This document shows, one piece after another, positions 25,198-35,883 of a DNA stretch of 35,883 nt; the stretch's first letter is position 1; the number at the start of each line of letters is the position of its first letter. Made by a program: the position numbers and the translations under genes. Below the pieces are notes generated by a model that had not been told where the DNA came from, did not search any database, and worked only from the letters and a program-made list of their open reading frames with translations. The stretch comes from Bigelowiella natans CCMP2755 (taxonomy: Eukaryota > Protista > Cercozoa): contig ADNK01000611.1 in the NCBI GenBank assembly GCA_000320545.1, forward strand, positions 1 through 35,883, given 5' to 3'.

Positions 25198-26003
25198 CAG
25201 AGAGAGACAGAGAGAGACAGAGGGGGATTGACCGGTTTTTGGTGTTTTGTTGTGAGGGAGATGGTGGAAGCATGCATCGCCTTACATTGACACACATACG
25301 CGCATATTCCATAATCATAATGAAGATCTCGGAGACGTTCTTGGATTTCGTGGATAATAGGAAGATGCTCGACAAATTTGGCGTGGGGAACCCATGTCCT
25401 AAAGGGTCGGAATAGTCAGTTGTGCATGCATGCAGTATGGGTTGTGTCATCAATCATCATCATCACCATCATCATATCATACTTACTACTACTCGTGGAA
25501 GAAGAAGAAGAAGAAGAAGAAGAAGAAGAAGAAGAAGAAAAGACCGCCGAGAAAGAGAGAGAAAAGAACACAAGGCTACTGCCACCTACTAGTGATGAGG
25601 AGGAAGAACTACATGATCTATCTGAACCATCAAAGTGCCATGTTCTTCTTCTTCTCATTACTACCCTCCTACCACTACCATCATAATTCAGGAAAGGCTT
25701 TAGCTACACCGTCGATATCGATAATGGCAAGAACACTCGTTTGAACGAGCTGCTGGATGGAGATCTGGAAGCAAAAGAGATCATCCGCAGAGCTTCCAAT
25801 GGGTTACAGGGGAAACAGAACGACCTCCGGTCCCTTAACATGCACCAGATGGCGCAGTTCCTGGAGGAGCTCGGATACTCCGACATGGAAATGAAACGCT
25901 TGCCTCGCTGGGACCGTGTAGATCACATACGTGCCGGGGCGATTGAGATGGTCAAGATACGCCGAGACGTGCATAGATGGGCGAAATGGGCGAGGTATGG
26001 TAT

Positions 26004-26036
<33 letters not shown>

Positions 26037-26138
26037 ATCTCATCTACGCCATCTTTTCTCTGCGCATGCCCCATCACGCATATATTTATCATTTGGAGAC
26101 ACAGAGTGAGAGTGGTCGGCCAACATGAGCATTCCTCT

Positions 26139-26184
<46 letters not shown>

Positions 26185-26208
26185 AGTAGAGGTTTAGTAG
26201 TCGTCGTT

Positions 26209-26240
<32 letters not shown>

Positions 26241-26897
26241 CCAACACTGTCATAATGTTTCCACACACAACGATAACGCACCAAAGGTTCGATGAAAAAT
26301 CAATCCCAAAGCTACGCGCCCAACACAAGAAGAACATGAAGGAGGTGTTCCAAGTGCATTGTCAGCAACTTGCCCAGTGCACAAGCAATCCAGCACCCGA
26401 CCGACTTCACCCAAGAGAGTAAGTGAAATGATTTATGAATTGTTACGCGACGAGGCTGATAACAGGCAGAATCAATCTGCCCCTACGTCACCATCGGCAT
26501 GTTATCGCTATTTTGTCATTATTATTATCGCTATTATTATTGTTGTCAGCAGCTATCATCATCATCATCGTTATTGCCATCTCTCCTCGCAGGTTCTCAC
26601 TGCTCCACCAGCAAATCGCCATCGTCGAGGCCATACAAAAGCAAAATCTATCTCATAGAATGCGCTCTGCCTTCGATGATGAGGGCAACAACGATGATGA
26701 CGACGACTCCGCCGCTCACATGGACGAGGAGGATTCCTCCGACGATGATGATAATCGAGACGACTCAAAATGGGGGGACATTGAGTCCTCGATGGCGGTA
26801 TCGTCATCATTTCAGCAGCGGCAGCAAGGGGAGGGGGATGAGGCTCCTCTTCCACCGAGCATTGCCGCCAGTGAAGCTAGTGAATGTGGACCAGGGC

Positions 26898-26933
<36 letters not shown>

Positions 26934-28164
26934 GTGTATTTCTTTCGCGTACACTCCTCTTCCCCCTCCTCCTCCTCCACCTCCTCCTCATCATCATCAT
27001 CATCATCATCCTTTTTTATCATCGTCGTCGTCTTCATCACCAAAGATTTTTTAGAATAAGTATAATACTAAGAAACTATCACACACGATGTTCAAAGTAA
27101 TGATAGAGTCCTCCTCCTCCTCCTACTCCTCAGTCGCTGATTATAATGAAACAACACAATTTTTTTGTATGTCGTCGTCGTCGTCGTCATCATCATCATC
27201 ATCATCATCATCATGAGTTGTTCTCCTTCCCTGCACTCACTAATATCCCATCATCCCCTGATCGATCCCATCCCATCCCATCCCGCCCCGTACACATGCA
27301 TGCTGTTGCGCGCAGGTCCTGGTTACAGCCATTCGTGAGACGCGCTGGAACTATAACCGCCAAACGAAGAAGTGGACGAGGAAGGTCGTCATCGTCAAAG
27401 ATAGTCGCTACGTGGACGCGTTCCGCTGCGATGTTGAATCCGGCAAGCAGGCGGAGGCCCCAGTGCTCAACCAGCTCTTATACGAGGAGTACACGAATGG
27501 AGGAGGAGGCGCATCGTCGTCGTCGTCGTCGTCGTCGAAGCGGGAGAAAGCGAGCCTACCTTGCTACTTCAACGTGAAGGAGTATGAGGCTAACAAGAAG
27601 GCCAGTTTCGCGCTCGAAAATAGACGGCGCTCAAAGGGGGCGCCTATCATAATCTCCAGAGGGGCCTCTGGTAACGCTGGTGTTGGCAGCAGCAGCCATT
27701 ATCATAAGAAAACCTCGCACCACCGCAAATCTTCATCGCACTCGTCATCCTCCTCGAGATTTAAGATCGCCCTACCGCGACAGAGCGCCGGTGGAGGGGG
27801 GGGGGGCAAGGGAGGTGCAGGACGCCTGAAAATTGAGAGGTCGTCCTCCTCGAGCTCATCGAAGCGGCGGAAAAAGAGCAAGAAGGGGGGGGATGATCAT
27901 CGTGATAGGGAGGAATCACCACAGGCACGTCAGCCGACACGGAGACAGAGGGGCGACCCCTTTATCCGCCTGAACGCCATTCTAACAGCCGTTTTGAAAG
28001 CCATGCGTAATGAACTCCCGACCTACTATGATTTGTTTAGACCCCCCGTCGACGAGAAGATGTACCCTAGGTACTACTGCTACTACTACTACTTCTACTA
28101 CTTCTACTACTACTATGAGTTGAATCATATGCATATATGCACACAACACACAAATATATATATA

Positions 28165-28205
<41 letters not shown>

Positions 28206-29211
28206 GTGTGTGTATGTGTGTGTAATATTGGCCAATTATTATCTCAAATTTAATCAAACATGCACCCAAAAACCTGAGAATTTGAATTTTAAGACGTTCT
28301 TGGTTAAGTATCTCCCCTTCCTCAGATATCCCGAGGTCGTCTCGAATCCCATCTGCATTCAACAGATTGAGGGTCGAATAAATAGCAAAAAGTATAAATC
28401 TTTCCAGTTCTTCGTTGATGACCTGACGCTGCTGCGAGACAACTCAGCAGCTTTCAACGGGGAGGAGCACAACCTCACGAAGAAAGCTTGTAGGTTTCTC
28501 AAAATCGCAGTGTCAATCTGGGAAGATAATGCAGCGGATCTCGATAACATCGAGAACGACATAAAGTGGCAGGTCATGGTCGATGCGATGCTTAAAATAG
28601 TAAGAGCCATTGTGAGCTGTCCAGAGTCGCGCTCATTCCGTCAACCCGTGGCTCGTAACGTTCCTAACTACTACAATGTAATCAAGCGTCCGATGGACTT
28701 CTCTACTTTGGAGGCTAATGCGAAGAGTCGTAAGTACTCAACACCGGCTCAATTTTGGGATGATGTGGAACTCATTCGATCCAACTGCGTGCTGTACAAT
28801 ACCATAAACCATCATCTTTCTAAAAATATTATGAAAGTGCTGGAAATTGGACGAAAGCTGAAGGCAAGTCAATTAGACAATCTCCCCCTGCCTCGTCCCC
28901 GCCAACGCCAAGATTCTGTCCGCTCAAACAAGCGCAAGCGATCTTCATCACGAAGAACTCCACGAAGAACACCGTCGAGGGTAGGGTCATATGCGTCGCC
29001 TTCATCCGAAGTGCTATCATCACAAAGGACAAGAACATCTTCGAGGGGAAGGACTGGTCCGAGGGAGAGAGCAGCATCTCCTAGTCGCTTGCCGAGAGCT
29101 GAAAGCTCAATCTCCATCATGAGTGTAAAGAGCGAGGTTGCAGCAGCAGCAGCAGTTGAAAGAAGTCCCGGTGGCGTTGACATAGATGATGATGATCTAA
29201 ACTTAATGTGA
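18486..29211 (+). CDS. TAF1: Transcription initiation factor TFIID subunit 1 with DUF3591 core and C-terminal tandem bromodomains (15 exons; one apparent frameshift in a G15 run)
   Basis: Exons 18486-18511, 18955-20224, 20511-21447, 21796-22436, 22714-22924, 23122-23322, 23675-23973, 24132-24524, 24712-25051, 25326-25405, 25692-25994, 26287-26418, 26593-26899, 27316-28070, 28326-29211. TAF1 motifs occur in order: PWEDEIAW, WLESVVWD...LILDLNDKNMIFE, DPFNI, VVLFEYIEQNPALIANTGM, SPFDLGDV..NMLFSAPIF, YTVGQTQP, PEDVCAYESM, ELELAPW, GKGFSY, DLRSLNM...LPRWDRVDHIR. Two bromodomains follow (FRPPVD..YP.Y...NP...NSAAFNG; FRQPVA...PNYYNVIKRPMDF...NCVLYN). Confidence 0.95.
20433..28215. repeat. Dense intronic microsatellites throughout TAF1: (CA)n, (GA)n, (TA)n, (GTA)n, (GTT)n, (GAA)n, (CAT)n, (CCAT)n
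   Basis: Examples at 20433-20470, 21548-21635, 22557-22585, 23424-23464, 24007-24045, 25128-25222, 25498-25539, 26143-26180, 26900-26928 and 28155-28200. Confidence 0.95.
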
Positions 29212-30334
29212 AGCGAAGGTGTGTGACTGCCAAACCATCACACACCTGCCCCAGAGAATGTAGCCTCATTGTACATCACAAGTCTATATTTTGAGAAAGG
29301 TCGATCATCGAAACCTGCGCAATCATCATTCTTGCATTGATTCTTGCGGTGACATGCCATTGAGATGATGATCCAATGTGTAGACATTTCTAGATTTGCC
29401 AGGCTAGCAGGCGCGCATTGCGAACATGCAACATTTTGAAACTGGCGTGATCATAAACAATGCAGTGAGCACCTAGATGTCCATAGTCTAGCAGTGCCGT
29501 CCTGTGCAAACAGTTCCTACCCATAGACTTCACAGCTAGTTTGCACATTTGCTGCCTAGCACAGGCTAGCAGGACTGCTGTTTGCCATGCAGTGTGATGT
29601 GACATGATGAGACACTAGCTCTGTACATCTGCTAGTGTGGCACTAGCTAGACTAGCTAGTTAGCCATTAGCTAGCAGTGCAAGCATGGCGAGCTCAAAAT
29701 CTAGAGATGGCTACAAGGTGGCGCTTCTTGAGGACGACACATCATCAAGACAAGCACAATTGAACATCATTGCATGCACGCGTGCAAGGAGAATGCAACT
29801 TTTCCATGTTCAGTGATGCTGCCAGAATGCTAGAATGTGCGAACATCGAAACAGAGTCCACACAACCGCTGTCGCGTTAATGCTTCACCATTCAACAACA
29901 AGCTAGCAAGTCTAGAAGTCCATGAGTGGATAGCTGATTGAGTACATGAGACATGACATCTGAACTCAATTTAGCGATCCCGTGCTAATGATGTGCCAGC
30001 ATGCTGCAGCTGCTGTCTTTGCTGTCTAGCTGCGTCGTTAGCAACACATTCATTGCAAAATTGGTGCCACAGGCGACATGACTGACGTACATCGCACGTA
30101 CCGCCTAATCGAGAAAGCGTTGTCGTCAGTGATTGTCTTCAGTACCAGAGTGCTATTCTTCTACAGACCATCACATTCAACATTTTTCAAGCAATGGAGG
30201 CACCAATTGATTCCAGAATCCGGTAAAATTTGCACGGCGAGATCGATTAGATTTTTAGTCGAAATGCATGAAATATTCCCAGCATGTTTAGATGTGCTCA
30301 CAATTGTCATGGATGGCCTGATGTCTACGCACAA

Positions 30335-30940
30335 TCAAGCTTTCTTCTGTTCCTCAGTAGATTTCTTCTTCAAATGAGTTCGCAAAGCCCTTCACACATT
30401 GGATTTTCATCAATCTTATGATTTCACAATGCAGTCGAAAATTTGACTTACCCAAATCCTTCCAATTTTTTGTACTTGTTGTCTTGTAGAATTTCCTGGC
30501 TTGCATCATTGCTGAAATCGGTGCTCCAGGACATGAAGGTAGAACCATTTTCCGTGACTCGCTGCAGTTTGATCGTGTAAACGGCAGATGAGAATCCAAC
30601 TGCAGGTTCAGCCATGATCAGATCATAGGTGATGCTGTAGTTAATATCAGAGATCTCGAGAATCTGCAAAGAAGCGTCCGTCATGCAATGATCATTGCAT
30701 CAGCAGGATGATTCTGTGAACCTTCACGGTCTGGGTTGACTTCTTGTACTTGATCTTCCTCAAACCACCAACAGAATCTGAGGTCACTTGTTTCTTGTCA
30801 CCATCAGAGGCCAAAACTTCGACATTTTCTACATCTGGAAGGAACTTGAAGTCCAGAGGACGCACAACTTTCCACACTTTTTCAATCGAGCTTTCGATGA
30901 TGGCGGTCTCTTCAACATGTGGGGATCCAACAGTCGACAT
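30335..30940 (-). CDS. Bet v1-like / polyketide cyclase-dehydrase (SRPBCC/START superfamily) protein, ~161 aa
   Basis: Exons 30722-30940, 30452-30663 and 30335-30389 give MSTVGSPHVEETAIIESSIEKVWKVVRPLDF...VGGLRKIKYK...ILEISDINYSITYDLI...WSTDFSNDASQEILQDNKYKKLEGFGALR...KKA*. The I..sie.VW, vG..R and W.tdf pattern is typical of SRPBCC proteins. Confidence 0.9.
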
Positions 30941-31330
30941 GGCTGATGTTGTTCGATTGAGATTTGCTCGACGCACAGTGCGCTTACAAATATCTTTGCA
31001 GCATCATGATGTGTGAGACCTTCTGGCACCAGGTTGAGAGAGCAAATCCCACGAAATGGCTTCAAAATCCTCACGGCGACATCATCAGATGCTTGGATGT
31101 CCGCAAGAAACACCAAAAGCTCACATTCAACAAAACGTGCGGGAGTGTCTGAGCACGAAGGATCCCATTGTTGAGGGAATTGCAAGGTTGCGACAATCTG
31201 AAACTCTCTGATTTCACCCCACCAAGCGAGTGAATGAAGGGAAGCACAAAGTTGCGACAACGTGAAGAATTTCTCGAGCCTTCTGTTGAAATCCTCAGCC
31301 TTGCCAGTGTCAACGCCATCAGAGTTCAGG

Positions 31331-31680
31331 CTGGACCCAATCGGTCGGCATCACCGCTGTCAATTGAAATGTGAAACAACACTCATTTGCTCTTTTGCTG
31401 GTTCCACTTTGGGTGATTCGATCGACCAAAGGCACCGCTTGAAGAAAAGGCAACGGAAGAGGAATTTCCCTCTCAAGATTTCAAGACAACTGAGTTCAAT
31501 TCGCTGAAGGCATGTAGACCCAATCGGCATCACCGCCACCAATTGAGGATCGCAATGCAAACGTGAGATGACACTCATGCGTTCTTTCATTCCACTGCAG
31601 CAGGGCGTGCGATCAAAAGGTGTTTGAAGGAAAGGCAACGAAGTCGAAGGAGGAACTTCCCCCTCAAGACCAACAACCCG
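31331..31680 (+). repeat. Diverged tandem duplication, two units of ~175-180 bp
   Basis: Blocks GACCCAATCGG..CATCACCGC..CAATTGA, ACACTCAT, TTCCACT, TTGAAG.AAAGGCAACG and GAGGAA.TTCCC.CTCAAGA occur in the same order in 31331-31510 and 31511-31680. Confidence 0.85.
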
Positions 31681-32358
31681 CAGATGGCGGTGCCATGAAT
31701 TCAGCTAGTCAGATCCGAAAGACGATTGAATGAACTCATCAAACGTTTCATTTTGCTGTCGATCTTGCATTGCATGAAGACAAGACACATGTCCACATGT
31801 CAAGTTTCAACAGAATGCACTTGAACAAGTTGAGTGTCGCACACCGCATCCTGCGCGCTCGGTCTGAAAGCCTCTCAAGACCAGAACACGGTGTTCCGCC
31901 ACGCTCACACACGTGTGCATGCAACATCATGTCACACGCATGTGTTCAGTCATGTGGCAGGAACATGAAAAAAGTTGCATCTTGATCACACTTGACAATT
32001 CAACTGCCAGCATTTGTGCCCCGCACAAAATGACAAACATGTTTCCCAAAACACTGAGCTAGTGAGTAGTGGCACAACATCATTGTTGCCAAATGATGGC
32101 AGATCAACTGTGAGTCCATGGCTGCAAATGGGTTCAAATGATCAGATGAACTCAGTCTATTTCGAAAATTCATCAACAGAAAAATGACAAGGCTAGAAGG
32201 CACACACTTGCGAAAAATTTGAAAAATGGCAAATTATGGAACTCATAAAAAATTACAGAATCTAGTTAAGAATCTAAAATGTGATGTGCAACAATGCATT
32301 GGTACATCTAGCTTGCATTTGCGACCAGCTAGATAGCGCTGATCACACTCGATGCTTG

Positions 32359-33707
32359 CTAGGGGAAAGGCTTGCAGGACGAAAGCTTAATAGTTCCGTC
32401 CCCGTTGGGACCTCTTTGATCAATGTGAAAGCTGCCGGCACCCGTTGTTTTACCATTGATCCACGCCAGGTATGCATCCATAGCAGTTTCTTGAGAAGCC
32501 TCGCTCTTTGTCAAAGAATCCCAAGAACACCCGTGGCACACACATGAGGTAATGAAGCCCCCGTGTCCCTTATCAGATTCGACAGAATCAAATTGCGTCA
32601 TGAAATCCTTACCATACTGCATTACGGCTTTCTGCTCAGAATCAGTGCATGCATTTTGGTGATTCTTGTAACACGGAGCCTGCAGAATATTGACCATCTG
32701 CCACTCGTCGTACTTGCTATTAAACACAAAGAAGGGCGTCTTGATGAACTTCTCCATGTGTGGCGACATAAAACAATAGTGCGGCTCAGATGGGAAGGAT
32801 TTAAGGCACGAGGGAAGGAGCGCCCCAGTAGTGAGGTTTTGCATTCCGTAGATGTACTTCATCCAGGTCGTGTAGTTATATGAGTCATAGTTGTAGTTGT
32901 CATGATCCAGGAAATAGCCAACTACCGGGGCTGCACGCGTTAGCTCCAGCCTCGAAGCCCTCGTTTGAACCATGGCTACGATTCGATCAGTATGCAAATA
33001 GGTGCTTAGGCCACCCGCACTTGAACCGGTTACAACGAGTTCCGTGGCTTCTCCGAGCCCGAGATTCGTCAGAGCATATTCAACTGTCGCATCGAGATTT
33101 TGGATCCCACGGAAGTAGAGTTTCCCGCCACTTCCGGGTACTTCGACGGGATGGGCCCTATACCCGCTAAAGGATGCGCCATCTCCATAGGGCATGTAGA
33201 TGCAGTTGCAGTCGGACGTGCCATCAGAGTTCATGCACCCGCAGCTGGAGGTATTGGCGAAGAATTTCGACGATCCAAGTCTTGTTTTAGACCTTTCATA
33301 GCACAGGGTTTCGTTATAGCACCAGCCTCCACCTTGGATGTAGATTGTCCACTTTGTTGAATTTGTGGTGCTTGGGATGAAGTAAAACCTATGATGGTGT
33401 GCGCATGCATTGCAATTAGAAGTTAGGAATCCGAATCTTCAGTCAAGCAGGCAATTGCAGAAGCAAAAATAATAGCCATTAAGGGGTCGGCGCAAATTTA
33501 AGAGATAGGAAGGGGTTATCACCCGTATGGACTTCCGTCGAGGCACGCAGCCCCCGTCGAAAGGTCAAGAAGAGTCAGCGGTGCGCTCCTCCCGCTCTTG
33601 AAACCAAAGATTTCCTCGCTACCATAGTCCCTCACCTCCCCGTGAACGACAGGAAGAGATATGAGGGAAAAGAGGGTGAGGAAGGCGAACCCAGCGATAA
33701 CGTGCAT
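32359..33707 (-). CDS. Secreted pectin acetylesterase / Notum-family alpha/beta hydrolase
   Basis: Exons 33523-33707 and 32359-33388. Signal-peptide-like N-terminus, then AACLDGSPYGFYF, WTIYIQGGGWC, YMPYGDGASFSG, YFRG, nucleophile elbow GSSAGG, NSKYDEWQ and FITSCVCHG. Confidence 0.93.
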
Positions 33708-34073
33708 GTCCCCTGTCGATTGGACTGCGGATGGAGAATGGGGGATGGTTGTGCTACTCTAAGTATTCAGACGCTGTAAGACACAATCGTAGGAATGAAT
33801 AGCGTATATTTATTGACTGAGACAGCTCCATTTCCCTTGTCGCATTCAAAAGATAGTCTCGAATTTCGCAACGGCTATCTCGAGAATGTCGCCACAAAGT
33901 TAGAATACGAAGGATAGACGAGACCGGATATCCCCGAAACGCCCACGATTTCCATGAAATTTCGACCGGCGTAGCGCATTTTATGTATATTTTCATGTCG
34001 CAATCGATGAACAGATGTCGTTTTTGTAATATTTTTGGTTATTGGGTCACACAATGGCTCCCCCGCTTGCCTG

Positions 34074-35545
34074 ATCAACTCTTTGCGTTCTGCCAATCAA
34101 CTACTGCGGCAAGAGGAGGGGCCCTCTTGAGATCTGGGGAGGAACATCGCTGGATGGAGAACAGCACCTTCAATTCACACTTCTCCACCTCTACAGCTTA
34201 CACAACTCATGCGACTTTTTGTCCGGTAGCTGAAATCAAGTGTGATGTTGAACTCTTCGATCATCGAAAGGAGCACACTTCTGACCACCATTCACAACTA
34301 TCTTGCAGCGAACGAAAAGGGCTTGCATGGGTATTATAGTCTTGACTATGCTCTGGGCCTACGTGAAGGTCTCTGCTCATTCGAAAATAATGTCTTTGCT
34401 ACTATCAATATTCGCTGACTTATCCCGCAATTAATTGCTTATTCGCCCCACCTTCTCTTCTGTTAATATTCCGTGGAAAATTGGCGGTTGGATGTAGTCA
34501 AACTTCAAGGCCTATCATTTTCAAGAGGTTGTCGAACGCAGTTTTTGCACGTACCTCTATAACACAATCGATACATGCATAGAAGATCATATTGCGAGTT
34601 CTGTGATGGTGTCTATTTGACCGGAGCTTGCTTTCCATGCACACAAATGTGATCGAAGTCAATATAATCTCTAAGTGATAAGGATTTTCGATATGTTACA
34701 GAGAATGCAATTCACTCCCCTCCATCCCCTCCATCCCCTCCCCCCTCCCCCCCCCACACACGTCAGGCGCGTCTAGCTGCAGGAGGGCATCATTGTGAAG
34801 GTAGTTGTAAGTGGTAGAAGGAGAGGAAATTTTAGAGAATTCGATAGGTCTTTGATGTAAATTGCGAAGAAGCCGTCCCGCATGCCTGTACATGCTTACC
34901 ATGTCTCAACTACTCACTCGATTCGTTCGTATTATAATCATTATTATTATTTTTATTATTATTATTATTATTATTATTCTCCAGGCCACGTGGTTATAAT
35001 AAGACACGGGGAGAAGGCGAATGAACCGATAGATCTATCGTAAGAAGCCTTCATTGCATCACTTTATGTCACACCCCGGAGTAGCCTTAATTCGCAATGA
35101 ACACAGCGTGGCCGTTGCTAGTGTAGTTTACCTGTAAAAAGGAATCTCTCATATGCAATGAAGAATTATCATTGCCACCGCTCTGTGTTAAACGGCACGT
35201 GTTATATAATCCCAGGAAGGCCGGTTTCGCTCGCGCGGAGTTTTTGGCCCAATTTTTTGCGACATACCAGTGAGTTTTGAGGAAGACCCGAGAACATCAC
35301 AATAGCCTGATAATCGTGACAATTAGCTTGATGATACACACCGAAGATCAATCTGTGTCTCTGCGTTTGCGTTTGTGTTTGTGTGTGCGTGTGTGTGTGT
35401 GTGTGTGTACAGCGTGTGCGTGTTGGCGTACGCGTTTTGGATTGTTCATGATGCGTAATCTGAATCTCATCACAATGCAACTAAGCTTTACGTTCAAATA
35501 TGACAGTCCTCCCGTGGCAAGGCTCTATGCAACCAGCCCAGACGT
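34074..35545 (-). CDS. Probable 3' part of a multi-exon gene entering from the right edge (unidentified)
   Basis: AG/GT-bounded segments read SLATGGLSYLN, AIVMFSGLPQNSL, SGGNDNSSLHMRDSFLQ, ALKFDYIQPPIFHGILTEEK and DLKRAPPLAAVVDWQNAKS*. A complete in-phase chain was not established. Confidence 0.3.
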
Positions 35546-35575
35546 GTAAACTACCACAACAAAAGCAACGACGAT

Positions 35576-35617
<42 letters not shown>

Positions 35618-35883
35618 CTCTCTCTATATATAAATATATATATTTTATTTCTCACTCCGTCGGTTGTTGCCTGGGAAGTAGAGACTCTGGGTATGTGAAT
35701 AGGAATTGTCGGATCAGAAGGAGCGAGCACCTTGTTTTGTGATGGTTTCGAATTTCATGAAGCACGGTCACATACACACACACAACGCACACATAATAGA
35801 TACTGATAAATACTTGCTAATGTATGTTGTACATATAGAGAAACAAGGAGAAACATAGAGAGACAGGCGGGGGGGGGGGGGGG

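Larger units (their letters stand above)
29220..32358. other. TpA-depleted, CA/TG-enriched domain (putative A-to-G hypermutated region)
   Basis: Manual count finds 6 TA dinucleotides in 30994-32234 (1241 nt), versus ~22 in a 180-nt control intergenic stretch (14701-14880). Survivors are in CTAG, GTAG or CTAT. CpG remains common. Confidence 0.9.

Noticed and set aside
20264-27577. Many short ORFs rich in CVCV, YIYI, ERER, THTH or poly-M/poly-H
   Set aside because: They are translations of intronic microsatellites or of alternative frames of TAF1 exons.
30829-32203. Several overlapping 60-143 aa ORFs in the TA-free zone
   Set aside because: Loss of TA removes TAA/TAG stops and lengthens chance ORFs. 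They are nearly Tyr-free and show no recognisable motifs.
29220-32358. CpG methylation decay or classical fungal RIP as the cause of the CA/TG excess
   Set aside because: CpG is still frequent in the tract, and RIP would raise TA rather than remove it. The missing dinucleotide is TA.
1-35883. CRISPR arrays, tRNA/rRNA genes, prokaryotic operons, intact transposons
   Set aside because: No repeat-spacer structure, RNA-gene signature or RT/integrase/transposase motif was seen, and the DNA is spliceosomal-intron rich.

Overview
Intron-rich eukaryotic nuclear DNA with GT-AG introns and abundant microsatellites. A protist source such as a chlorarachniophyte-like alga is a stylistic guess only. Nine gene models were assembled by hand. 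On the minus strand: a Sec14/CRAL-TRIO protein (3' end off-window), a coiled-coil protein, a poorly resolved hypothetical gene, a Bet v1/polyketide-cyclase-like protein, a secreted pectin-acetylesterase/Notum-family hydrolase and a partial gene at the right end. On the plus strand: a ~1580-aa BED-like zinc finger + SEA-like + 7-8 TM protein, a low-complexity nuclear protein with internal duplications, and TAF1 with a tandem bromodomain. The most striking signal is not a gene. A ~3.1-kb domain (29.2-32.36 kb) has lost almost all TpA dinucleotides while keeping CpG. The TpAs that survive sit mainly in CTAG/TAG/CTA context or in Tyr codons and a splice donor. This points to a local, context-specific TA->TG/CA (A-to-G) hypermutation process, comparable to fungal RIP but acting on adenine.
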